This document shows, in pieces, positions 33,562 through 45,139 of a stretch of 64,000 nt of DNA. The stretch comes from Picochlorum sp. SENEW3 (lineage: Eukaryota), in the NCBI GenBank assembly GCA_034226945.1, contig CP120457.1, positions 682,001 through 746,000 of the forward strand, given 5' to 3'. The notes beneath the pieces were generated by a model. The model was not told where the DNA came from and did no database searches. It saw nothing but the letters and a program-made list of their open reading frames with translations. Each line of letters starts with the position of its first letter. The stretch's first letter is position 1. Made by a program: the position numbers and the translations under genes.

Positions 33562-34806
33562 ATGAGGAGAATTATTGGGATGATGACGGAGATCCGATCG
33601 ACATGGAGTCCTGTGAGGGTAGCAGCAGTAGCAGTACCCTGCAGAAAACCATTCAACACATCTATGATGCATGGATGCCGTATGACAGGGAGCCGTAATG
33701 ATAGAATGCGGACCATATGTACAATTGGGGCTGGGATAGAGAGGAGCATGCACATTGTGAGGGCCTTGGGTGGGGAGCAGGAGAGACGGAAAAAAGTTGT
33801 TTTTCTGGGTACACCTGAGGTTGCTGCGGGGGTGTTGGAGGATTTGATTCAAGCTTCACGCACGGGCTCGTTTGATATTGCTGCTGTGGTGACACAGCCT
33901 GGTCGACCGAAGGGTAGGAGGAATAAAGGTGTGCCTCAGCCATCTCCTGTGCAGGTGTGTGCATTGGAGCATGGGATTCATGAGGATGCAATCTTCTGCC
34001 CTGTGAAAGCGTCAGAAAAGGAATTTATTTCTGCAATGAAGGATCTTTCCCCCGATTTGTGTGTCACGGCGGCGTATGGGAACTATCTTCCAACGTCATT
34101 TTTAGATATACCTGTTCATGGGACATTGAATATTCATCCGTCATTGTTGCCATTGTACAGAGGGGCGGCTCCTGTACAGCGATCGCTCGAAGACGGTGTG
34201 ACAACGACAGGTGTTAGCGTTTTATTTACGGTCAAGGCGATGGATGCAGGGCCTATACTTGCACAGAGGGAATACAGTGTTGCTGATGATGTACAAGCTC
34301 CAGAGTTGTTGGATACATTGTTTAGGATTGGAACGGAAACGCTCGTCGAATGTTTGCCATCTGTATGGAGCGGAGATGCTGAAAGATTGTGCGTGGCACA
34401 GGATGAGTCCAAAGCGACGCATGCAGCTAAATTAGAACGCAGTGAGGCACAGTTGGATTTTTCAGCATCGGCCCGGGTATGCCATAATAAAGTGAGAGGG
34501 TTTGCTGGGTGGCCAGGAACGCACCACCCTTTCAGGGTTGTAAAGATAGATTCTGGAGTAGAAGATGTTGCGGATATAAAAGTGCTGAGAACCCGCATTC
34601 GGGCAGAGCCTGTGGCAGAGGATATCCATCAACAACTTGAACAAGGCAAGGTAGTATTCAATGGGTCTGATGCCATGATGGTCATGTGTGGACAGGGAGA
34701 GATTTTGGAGATTTTAGAATTACAGAATCCTGGTAAAAAAGCAACGAACGCGCAGGCATTTCAAAATGGATTGGCCGGAAAAGCATTGTATGTTCGAAAG
34801 GAATGA
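33562..34806 (+). CDS. FMT: Methionyl-tRNA formyltransferase, organellar
   Basis: VFLGTPE, VVTQP, TAAYG, NIHPSLLPLYRGAAPVQR, MDAGPI. Start codon uncertain. Confidence 0.95.
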   Translation: MRRIIGMMTEIRSTWSPVRVAAVAVPCRKPFNTSMMHGCRMTGSRNDRMRTICTIGAGIERSMHIVRALGGEQERRKKVVFLGTPEVAAGVLEDLIQASRTGSFDIAAVVTQPGRPKGRRNKGVPQPSPVQVCALEHGIHEDAIFCPVKASEKEFISAMKDLSPDLCVTAAYGNYLPTSFLDIPVHGTLNIHPSLLPLYRGAAPVQRSLEDGVTTTGVSVLFTVKAMDAGPILAQREYSVADDVQAPELLDTLFRIGTETLVECLPSVWSGDAERLCVAQDESKATHAAKLERSEAQLDFSASARVCHNKVRGFAGWPGTHHPFRVVKIDSGVEDVADIKVLRTRIRAEPVAEDIHQQLEQGKVVFNGSDAMMVMCGQGEILEILELQNPGKKATNAQAFQNGLAGKALYVRKE

Positions 34807-34862
34807 ATTGAAAATACATCTAGTTGTGTTATTTCCATGGTATTCATCGTCTACCTGTGTAA

Positions 34863-36002
34863 CTACATTTCAACATCAACAAGCCTGGCCATCTCTTCTT
34901 CCATGGCAAGGAATTGTTTTTCAATCTCATCATAGTCAGATGAGATGCACTCGGAGACTTCGTAGTCTGTCTCAGAGCATGAAGATGGTATCTCGTCAAA
35001 GGAAAAGAGATCACAGACATCTTCTTGGCCGTCAGATGAAGCAAACATGTATGCGTATGAATCAAATATTCCCATCCTTTTCAAAACACTTTCCAAACAG
35101 TTATTCTGAGAAACAGGAAATCTTGCTGCTGCTGAGAAAGCTTCATTACTTTCCTCATCTGAAGACATTTCATTTCCAATTTCCTCAATGGTGCAGGTTG
35201 TGTTTGGTACAACATCATAGTGGTCTGATCTCCTTGGCTTCCTCTGTGGCAAAGTTGGCTTGAATTCTCTCTTTGTTGATGGCTCGTGATTGGCCTTGTG
35301 ATGCATACACAGAAGCGCACATGGTTTTTCAATTGAAGGAAGAGCAGGCTGTTTGACCTTGGTGGATACTGTTACCAAAGCCATTTCATTGTTTTTTTCC
35401 AAAGCTTTTTGCTTGGCTTCAGCCCTGCGTTTCATCAGAGATTTCGGGACCCAAGCCTTTTTGTGACCTTCAAAACGTACTCGTACAGTGCGTGAAGGCG
35501 TATCTGGTTTCCTCAAGCAGGATTTTGTAGGCTCCTTCAGGAAAGCCTTTTTGGCGATGCTGACATAGTCAAAGTACGCGCATTCGTCATCATTTGTACT
35601 CAAATCTGTGTACATATCATTTGATGCCAGTTTCTCGCCGGCTCTGAAGCTCTTGAGAGGTGGGTCACTCGGTCCTCCACAAGACATTCGCCTGGAACGA
35701 ATCGAAGAAACCAAATTTCGAATGCGTCGACCTGGGCGCACATGGCGAACTGCAAAAATTGTTTTAAATCATTTAATACGACTGGAATGCATCCATGATG
35801 GAAATATTTGCCGGAACACCCGCCTGGTTCTGCCCCGTTGTTGCCACCCAACTGTGAACCACCCCCAACAGAAAACAGATCCAATGCGAACAATTATAGT
35901 CTCCCAACCCCTCAAATAATTATTAATATTTAAAATAGAGCGAATGGACCACATACCTGCACCAATGATGGCTGCAGCGAGTAGAATGTTTTTTCCGTTC
36001 AT
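34863..36002 (-). CDS. Uncharacterised protein with candidate PP1-docking motifs; main exon 34863-35749, likely first exon 35957-36002
   Basis: 292-codon ORF lacking an ATG start. Upstream MNGKNILLAAAIIGA|gtatgt can splice in frame to the tttgcag acceptor at 35750. The 5' structure is uncertain. Confidence 0.6.
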
Positions 36003-36158
36003 GGCGATCGTACAACGAGCAAGTGTCAAATAACGTCGCTTTAAAGCACAAATTGTGTGTAATAAGTGTAAAGATTGATATTTTTGTATAATATGATAAT
36101 ACAGTACGCATTAGGCTCAATGTGCCAACGTTTTGGGCATGGGCCATCTGTGAGAAAA

Positions 36159-36204
36159 TTTGAATTCGTGAAAAAAGGCGCGAAAACCTTAAATCGCGCC
36201 CAAA
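36159..36204. promoter_or_regulatory. Candidate E2F / CHR-like promoter module
   Basis: TTTGAA at 36159, GGCGCGAAAA (reverse TTTTCGCGCC) at 36177-36186, and TCGCGCCCAAA at 36194-36204. Confidence 0.45.
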
Positions 36205-38197
36205 TTAACCCTTGTGCCCCTGCAACCATTCCAACAATACGGTGCTTGGGATCACTATTCGCCCTTCTTTTCGTAAAATAGGTTGTAATTCTTCTGCTTC
36301 ATCCTCCGTGTCATCCAGATTGAAACGGAGAAGATCAACAAGCATGCTCCTGACCACAGACCCAAGCACAGGTTTGTTGTCCTCAGAATGCCCGCCTCTG
36401 CCAACAATTATTGTCAGTGGGCCCGGTGCTTTGTTCCTTTGTCGATACTCTGTGACAATCATACCAAGGACGCATAATACAGCTGCTCGAGCTTCATAGC
36501 GAGATGTTCCGTGGAGGTCAATCGTTGAAAGAGAGGATATTCGACACAACTGGGCAACTTCCTGTTGCAGGTGCGCATCACCGGAAGAAAATGCGGTTTC
36601 AGCGGCAGCTGAAATCAATTTCTGGAATTCAATATTATTTGGAGCAAACTTCGCTTTTCTCATAGCGGTATAGATCTGCAATGCCTCTGGCACGTGACAC
36701 CTTTCTCGAAGTTCTTTTGCCAAAGTTCTGTATGTTGCTCCAGTGGGCTTTAACGTAGCTGGTCCCCATATCATCTTCCTGAACAACGACATCGCTTCAT
36801 CCACCATACCACCTCTAATATACGCCTTCATGAGGCTCGTGCTTATGATGACATTCGGCCTAATATTGTCGAGAACCATGGATTTATGAAGCCATGATGC
36901 TATTTGTCCCTGCTCTGCATCAGCAGATATCTCAAAAAGTTGCCCATACGTAAACTGATCCAAGCATACATTTTTCACTTTCATCTCGGAAAATATGTTT
37001 ATGGCGTTAATGAGGTCGATTGGCCGAGACCGTTTGCCAGGTTGGGCTCTACATGCACTCAGTGCAAGATTGTATGCCTTGACAGTGGGGACCAATCCAT
37101 GTTCCTTCATTTCATCCAACAGCTCCAACGATCGCTCTCCATGAGAAGCTTGATTGCATGATATCATCATAGATTCGTATAATGGTAGTGGCATGGGCTC
37201 ATTCCCTCTAGCCCTCTTGATATCTCTCCAAATCATCAATGCTGTATCATGCTGACATGCGCTGCCACAGGCCACCAAAAGATTGCTCAGCACCTCATCT
37301 GTTGGAGTAAATCCATTGATATCCATCAAATCCATCACATAGAGAACCCCATCAAAATTGTTACCGTACGAAAATATCTTAATCAGGGTGGAATATGATA
37401 TCCCATCTGGCTGCTGCCTCTGTTCACTCATCCAAGACAGCACCATTTTTGCACGCCGCGTGTCTCCTTCCTTCATACAAGATTTCAAAAGCACATTAAA
37501 AGATCCTGTGTCTAACACCGCCCCTTCTTGCATAAACTGCCTAAAACGAACAAACAATCTTTGCGTATCCGAATGCAGTGCATGCAAAAATTGATTCGTA
37601 TATATCACATCTTTCTCTCCCCCAAACCACCTCCCAGTGGTACGTGCAAACTTGAAGCATCTTGATACAGAATTCAATCGCCCCAATCTACCATACGCAG
37701 CAATCAAAGCAAACCACAGGTCCACCCCAGAGCCCCTGTCACATCCAAGCACATCCATCTTTCGAGCCAATGATTCCACTCCTCGAACACCCTTGACACT
37801 TCTTTTGGACACAAACTCATCCAAAGCTATCCGCAAATCCCCTGCATCATGAATCAAATCCCCCAACTGTGCTAGAGCTTGTTCACTCTTCTTGGACCGG
37901 ACTGTTTCCCGAATCCTACTACTAGTGTCAGATGGGAATATAGAATCATCTAGTACTGCATTATATCGTTCTAGACGAGAATGTGTCACCCCTGCAAACG
38001 TGCGTGCGAACTTGCCAGTCAATACACAAAGTACCCATATCTCCCATAAAAGCGCAAATGCATCATGGATAATACGTACATGTATCTATAGTACGGTTTA
38101 TTCCACTCGGATAATGGTGCTGGGCCGAGCACTGACGAGTCGAACGGAAACCACATGTCCGTGCGGCATGTCTTGGCCTCGCAGCAATAAAACTCAT
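36205..38197 (-). CDS. Pentatricopeptide repeat protein with C-terminal Smr domain (PPR-SMR); intron 37992-38079
   Basis: Tandem ~35 aa repeats (SFNVLLKSC, YSTLIKIF, AYNLALSAC, STSLMKAY); IDLHG...IIVGRGGHS; Arg/Ser-rich spliced transit peptide. Confidence 0.9.
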
Positions 38198-38534
38198 TCC
38201 ACGTTCATTACCATTGCCCTAGTAGTATCAGAGATAGTATTATTTAAATAACTGATGAATATTAATGATAACGGAGGTACTTATTCCTCGTGTGCTTTTC
38301 AATGACACAGCATGCTGCTACAGAGACAATGATAACAAGCTTTATAGCTAGCAAGCGCTTGCTCGATGAAGATCGAGTACTTCTCCTCGCGTCCCACCGT
38401 ATTACATGAAAGGCGTTGTATATATGATGACCAAAACGAGCAAAATTGCATACAAAGGGTGAAGTGGAAAAAAACACTACTGCTCTTGAGAAGAAACGAA
38501 ATGGGGGAAAAAAGCGCTAACGACAAAAATGGTA

Positions 38535-40324
38535 TCATGATGGTGGTATGCTATCAGCATCATCAACATCTCTTTCAAACACTCGTAATGCCCCGTACCC
38601 AGCTCTATACTGTTTGAATGTCTTTTTCAGCAACCAGAACGATAGCAATGTAGACACCAAACCGAGCAGGGACACAATCAGAAATGCACTCCTGAAACAA
38701 TCACTCCCTATACATGTATTACCTGGATCCCCGTGCCGTTTGCCAACAGCATCATAGGTCCCACCAAGCAAATACGCGCCAAGAAGATACCCCGCAATAG
38801 CTGGAGCCATCTGCAGAATAGTATAAATAGAGGCAAAATTCTCCAGGCCAAAGAGTTCTGATGCCAAACTAGGAAGCAAACTCCAATGCCCACCAAACCA
38901 CAACCCAGCAAGCAATGACAATGGATATAACAACAAAGGATTGGCAAACGCTGTCGCAGCATACGTCAAGCACCCACAACCTGCAGCAAACACCAAGAAG
39001 AAGGGCCTTGGGAGACCATGCTTGTGTAGCATCTGCTCTGGAATAGCACCAAAAAGCAACCTCCCAGCACAACTTGCCACACCAAAAAACGTCACAAGGA
39101 TACTTTTCATTGCCGATGATCCCCCTAATGATGTCACAAGCTGCGAAGAGTTATTCAAAAAGGCAAGACCACTACCAATTCCTATGCCGCATACAAATGC
39201 CATGATCCAAAAATCAGTGTTCACAAAACACTCTGCTATAGAAAGTGATGGAAAGATGTGCTCCATACTCTTGTCACGAGTAATCAACGGTGAATCGTCA
39301 TCCATCACATCCGTCCCATCGACACTCACATCACAATCATGAGCACCCCCCTGTGTGTGATGAGGAAGCCTCGTCTCAGACGACAAGAGGTATTCTTCCC
39401 CCTCCTCCTCCTCGTCATAAAATAGGGAAGCCTTTTCCGCATATAGACCCCCAGAATCATATGAAATAGCTACTACGGGGATCATCAACATGATTGCCCC
39501 GATCGCAAACCACACCTTCATGTGATGACTCACATCCGTCAGCCCAGATACGAGTGCGGTAATCATCAAATACACAGACAACGCCGCTATGATACGAAGC
39601 GCCACATAAAACCTCTGATCCGTCGTAAACGTCTTGTGTGTTTCAGAGCTCTGCACATAGTGAACATAATTCACCAGGGGAAGCAGCACGAGCGCCACCG
39701 TGGATGGAGCCCATGCCAAAAACAACAGAAATGGCCCTGCATGTCCTCCAAAGAACCCTTCAAAAGCCTCCGTATACAGAGAAGACGACAATCCTATACA
39801 AGATTTTATAATACCCACGACAATCCCTCGTGACGCAGGGAAATTCCTCAGATTCGTTGCCAATGGAGACGTGTCATACCACGTTCCACCATTCCCCGCC
39901 ACCATGGCCAGAAGAATCATCTGCCACAGCGCCACCTCAATTCTCTTGGTCACAGCAGCCCATAGCATCGAAAACCCCACACAATTCATCAGAGCTCCAA
40001 TCAGCAAGGACAGCCGAGGACCCACATGATGCCGATGCTCCAAAGAATCATACAAAATACCAGATATAAAACTCGAATACGCCCCTAAATTGTGCGCCGC
40101 AGCAACCAGTCCAAGAGACCCCTGACTCAAGTTATAATTCGCCTTGAGCAATGGACTCCATAGACCAAAGCAATAGCCAACACCGCCTGCGCACAACAAC
40201 CACCTCTCGAAACGCCAGCACACCAAATCATCCTCAAAAACTCGCACGTACCAGACAGAGCGATGGGCAATGACGCCGCAAACGTCACAAATTTATTAAC
40301 TTTGGGTAGGTAATACCTAGGCAT
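38535..40324 (-). CDS. Nodulin-like / NFD4-like major facilitator superfamily transporter; intron 40187-40251
   Basis: YCFGLWSPLLK, NLRNFPASRG.VVG..K...GLS, SELFGLENF, CIGSDCF. Confidence 0.9.
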
Positions 40325-40780
40325 TATCCTACGACTCTATCAGTGTATCTTTTCCGTTTCTTTTAATTCCATTCCATCCAAACAATGTGGCAGTTCGGGC
40401 AAGAAAGCGAAACCTCTAGAGAACTGATTTGCCTTCTTCTTCTTTTTCCTCTGATTAGATACGATACTGTTGAATACCTAACATCCCCCTACTGTAGAAT
40501 AAAATTGGTCACACCGAAGTAGTATCGGCACGATACAACGTGGCACCCATGCGGAGATTTTGGCTCTTGGCCATGCGTCGATCGATCTCCCATACAGGCC
40601 TAGGTGGGATGGGACACTCTCACCTCGATAGATGCATCCATGCTCTAGCACCCATCTTTCCCATCATAGGACTGGCTGCACCGAACAATCTCAATGAGAG
40701 AGCGTAGGATATAGACCATTGTGTGGGACATGTAGATGCGATACCCCATTCTGGCCCAATTAGTATCTAAAATATTAAAA

Positions 40781-41344
40781 ATGCAGGCTAGTTGTGGTAC
40801 GTGACAATGTGTGTGGGGAATTCTTGAGTGGTTGAGTGGCTTGGTCCACTCGGTCGATCGTTTCAAGAAATGCGTATTCTCTCAGCAACTAATTGGTGTA
40901 TCAGTACCGATTTAACGATATACACATGTTTCAGGTGTAATTAGACGAGAAGGAGTAGCAGGGAGGGGAGTGGATCTGAGGAGAGGTCCATCCCACGCCT
41001 GTGTGGTCGTGGGTGCACGTGGGCGTGTCCTGGTGTCTCCGTGCCATGCCAGCAGCAGTAGCGATAGTGCACCACGTGCAGACTCTTCTCCTTCTTCTGT
41101 GACAGTGGAGTATCAGCGACAGCAGGCAAAGGCGATGCAGGCGTACCTGAGGGAGAAGTCTTTGGAGAAGACAATTGCTGATGCGCAGGTGTTTGGGTGG
41201 ACCAGAAAGAATGAGATTAATAACGGAAGGTGGGTGATGATGGGCCTTGCCGTGGGGTTGTTGACAGAGTACGCAACTGGTGTGGACTTTATTGATCAGG
41301 TGAGGTTGATGGTGTCGTACTTGGGTATTATTGATGTGGAGTAG
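40781..41344 (+). CDS. OHP2: One-helix protein 2 (LHC-like); exon 1 40781-40796, intron 40797-40934
   Basis: KNEINNGRWVMMGLAVGLLTEYATGVDFIDQV. Exon 1 is inferred from an A-rich ATG context and a GTACGT donor. Confidence 0.85.
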
Positions 41345-41453
41345 TTTCTGTTTGGGAGAAAGAGCGTGGCGTCTGGTAACATGAATATCAGTAGGTATAG
41401 CAATGGTGATAGAACTGTAACATACATGCGTAATGTATCTTTTATTATCATTA

Positions 41454-41903
41454 TTATTCATGGTCATGGCAGTGATGACAATGGTCATTGTCACCCTCAG
41501 AGTCTGTGTCACTCCAGTCTCCAAACTGCCTTGGTTTGTGGTATATACAGCATTTTTTCGATTTCTTCTTCCCCATGTGCTCATTATCTATCGTGTCGTC
41601 TGTCCATCGCACAGCGTGCGGACGATGAGGATGGGCCATCCGAAGTGTGACTGTGGATTGATGATGATGAGAACTGCCCTCTTCTTGCTGTCCTTCTCCT
41701 TCTTCTTCTTCTTCTTCTTCTTCTTCTTCTTCTTCTTCTACTCTACCACCATGGCCCGCTCGATCGTCTATTTGGGCCGTGCGATCTCTTCCTTCTTCTT
41801 CTTCCTCTTCGCACACAACCACCGTAGAAGATAGCGCTGTTCTACCGTATGTACCGTTTCCACCACCTCTACCAACAAGGTGAAGCTCTCCTCCCCTAGG
41901 CAT
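41454..41903 (-). CDS. YPI1: Protein phosphatase 1 inhibitor 3 (Ypi1/PPP1R11)
   Basis: [29 protein letters not shown]. Start codon uncertain. Confidence 0.92.
   Translation of the reverse strand: MPRGGELHLVGRGGGNGTYGRTALSSTVVVCEEEEEEGRDRTAQIDDRAGHGGRVEEEEEEEEEEEEEGEGQQEEGSSHHHQSTVTLRMAHPHRPHAVRWTDDTIDNEHMGKKKSKKCCIYHKPRQFGDWSDTDSEGDNDHCHHCHDHE
41699..41739. repeat. (CTT)n / (GAA)n microsatellite encoding poly-Glu in YPI1
   Basis: About 13 perfect triplets. Confidence 0.95.
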
Positions 41904-42254
41904 TATCTTGTCGTTGCTCTCTCTATGCGTGTCCCATTCACCATGACTGATACTAAAAATGTATACATAAAGGATGAGTAGCACCTTGCACATGCGTTAT
42001 CAAATGAATTGGAATGCTTTTTATATTCTAAATGTCGGAATTTTCCCTTCATTCAGTCTAGCCGTATTCGCCATGATATACGTATTCATGGTATCAATAT
42101 AATTATTGAAATAACAATTATGATGCTGACCTTCAGAACGAGAGAGAGAGAGAGGAAGGCAGGAGTAAAATTGACAGTCGAGATCGTTCGACGTTCATTA
42201 ATTTGAATTCTTTTGCCTGTGAGGCTGACAACAGCGAATATCAACCCACTACAT

Positions 42255-45088
42255 ATGAGTGAGGGATTTGATGATCCCTCGTTTGACTCTGTGGAGTATA
42301 TCAATGGGAGATTTCCGAATGGTATGGTTACTTGACTACTGAGTGTTATGAATCCCCTCACTGTTGTGTGTGCTTTTCTTGTCATTCTTGACTGCGTTTG
42401 TGATATGTTGCAGAGGAATCTTTGGAATCTCTTGATCGTTGCATAGAATCGTTACATGTCGAGGTGAGTCTTGAGTGACTGGAGGGAAGACTGCCATGGT
42501 TCTTTGTTTTGTTTTCAAAATTTTTGGCAATGTATACATGACACATATGTTTGTGTGTGTAGATTCGGCATGTCGATGCGGAGATATTGGATGCGGTTCG
42601 ACGGCAGAGTCAATCTGGTCGTGATGCGAGGGAGGCATTGCATGCGGCTCATGTGACAATACACGAGGCTATGGAGCAGATTGTGGCAATGAAGCAGATG
42701 TCTGCGGAGAGCCAGGGGATGGTGGAGGAGGTTTGCAAGGATATTCGGCAGTTGGACACCGCGAAGAAGAATTTATCTGTGGCTATTGCTGCGTTGAGGC
42801 GATTGGCAATGCTTGTGGATGCGGTGGATCAGTTGCAGGTTGCTGCAGAGCAAAGGGATTTTAGAAATGCTGGGAATCTCATGGGGGCGGTGAAGCAGTT
42901 GTACGGGTATTTTGAATCCTATACGAATATAGCAAAAATAGCAGAGTTGAGGGGACGGATATATGCGTTAGAAAAGTCTTTGAGGACGGCGTCGTTGAGG
43001 GAGTTTGAGCTTTTGGGTGAGGATGTGCCACCGCCACAGGTGCTCGAGAGTCTCAAAGCGTGTTGTGTGGTTACCGGAGCGATTGGGAATAGTGCGAGAG
43101 ATGAGTTGATAGATATCATATGTCGTCGTGAGATGAGTATGTATACGCAGATATTCGGGACAGTTGGGGAGACGGCCAAGTTGGAGAGGACAGTGAATAG
43201 GTTCAAGTGGTTTATTCGGCGTTTGGATGGTCGGCGGGCTATTTGGGGGATTTTCCCGGAGGAGTGGAGGGTGACGCAGTTGTTGGCTGTGACTTTTTGT
43301 TCGATAACTAAATCAGAATTGGCAGAGATTTTAGGAGGGATGGAAGGGAGAATTGATGTAGAAGGGCTGCTCAAGGCTGTTGAGGCGACGCATGTGTTTG
43401 AAGAGGAAATGGCACGGAGGTTTGATACGTTGGACGAGTATCAGGAAGAGGAAGAGGAGGATGACCAAGAAGGAAACTCATTTTTGACGAGTGAGGAGAA
43501 TGAAAGGATCAAGAGACATAGTAAGACGAGTACTGACGCAATACGAAAAAAGTATGCGAGTCATGTGACAAATCAAGAGAGGAAACGAGCGCTGATGGAG
43601 GATGCGGCGGCGGCAGCTGTGAAGCATGCTGTGTTTAAGAATTCGATTTCTCCGGTATTTCAGCCGTATATGTATGCTTATATAGATGATATTACTGAGA
43701 CGTTGTCCAAGCGTTTGGAATCTTTTGTTGGGTCAGAGACATGGATGCAAATGTCTGATGATCAGCCAATTTTCAGGTCAAGCGATAGTATCACAAGCAT
43801 GGTTCGTGAGGAACTTAAACATTGCTCCGCGAAATTATCACGAGGTGAAACGTTGGTTGAACTTGGTAAAACGTTCAGGAAGATGTATCAGTCGTACGCT
43901 GACATGCTCATGGCAAAATTACCAAAGACTGCCAATGGTGCCACAGCTGCAGTAGCTGTGGTGGGGAATACATCATGGCATATCACCCTCACCGAAGAGA
44001 GTATCAGACTGATCTGTTTGATGATTAGTACATGTGACCATTGTATCTTGATGATTCAGCAATTGGAAAATGCCTTGGTGAAAAGACTGGATCCAGAGTT
44101 TAAGGATTCTGTAGATTTTTCGGAAGCAGAGGATGCATTCAACAATGTCATCACGCAGTCATTGTCTGTAATGCTTCTTGGCATTGAAACTCAAATGGAC
44201 GTCACTTTGGCAACTTTGATGAGGAAGAATTGGCAAGCATTTGACATGACTGGAGATCAAAGTGATTTTGCACAGACAGCATGTTCTGTTCTTCGCAATC
44301 TTGGTCCACAGATTTGGCCTCCACGGCTGAGTCAGCTCTATTTCAACTTCTTTTGCGACAAGCTGATTCGCTCGTTTGCACCAAGACTTTTTGATGCAGT
44401 GTTCAAGTGTGGTCCAATCAGTCAGGCTGGTGGCCAACAGCTTCGTTTAGATTTGGAAGCATTGAGAAGTGCATTCATTACGTTGGCAAAAGAAGGGTCA
44501 GTAACGCAGGCAGCTCACCAGGATATAGAAGATTATATGGAAGGTGTGACAGGAAAATCAAAACAATCATCTCATAAGGCAAAATCTTGGGTCGAGGGAT
44601 TTGTGATGGATGTCACAACAGCTCTTGGTACGACTGAAGCTGTTCTAAAAGTGGTTGTTTCACCAATTGATACGGTTGTGGATACATTCGTGGAGATCAT
44701 GCCAGGTGCATCACAGGTGGATTTGCAGCATATACTAGAACTCATGGGAGTACGAAAATCAGACATGGTAAATGTATTGGAGGATTTTGCCAAAAAAACT
44801 TCATCAAGGCAGGATCAGTCTTCCCAACCTGTTATTAAACCGCTTCCAGCACCGACATTTGGTCAGCAAACTCCAACATCTAGTCCATTTTCTTTGCCCC
44901 CTGGTGCAGCAGCAAAGGCATCGGCAGCTGCTCAAGATATGGCTTCCCATATATCTAGGATTAGATCCACCGCAAATGCCCGATTCAGTGCTGTCGCTGC
45001 TTCTGACAGTATGAGAGAGACTATGGGTCGCACATTGGGTGCAATGAAAAGTTTGAGATTCAATAGCACACCAAATCAAAAGGAGTAA
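42255..45088 (+). CDS. VPS53: GARP/EARP complex subunit VPS53; introns 42322-42413 and 42464-42562
   Basis: Spliced N-terminus FDSVEYINGRFPN|EESL; DIRQLDTAKKNL..AI.ALRRL.ML; FPEEW; GDQS; GQQLRLD. Confidence 0.93.
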
Positions 45089-45139
45089 TCGATTACCTGT
45101 AAACTAATATGTATAGGAGATGTAAATGTGAAAAAATAT

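Noticed and set aside
38299..38538. ORF whose ATG overlaps the NFD4-like stop (ATGA)
   Set aside because: No recognisable protein features; expected by chance.
41433..41834. Poly-Phe ORF on the + strand
   Set aside because: Antisense shadow of the YPI1 poly-Glu microsatellite.
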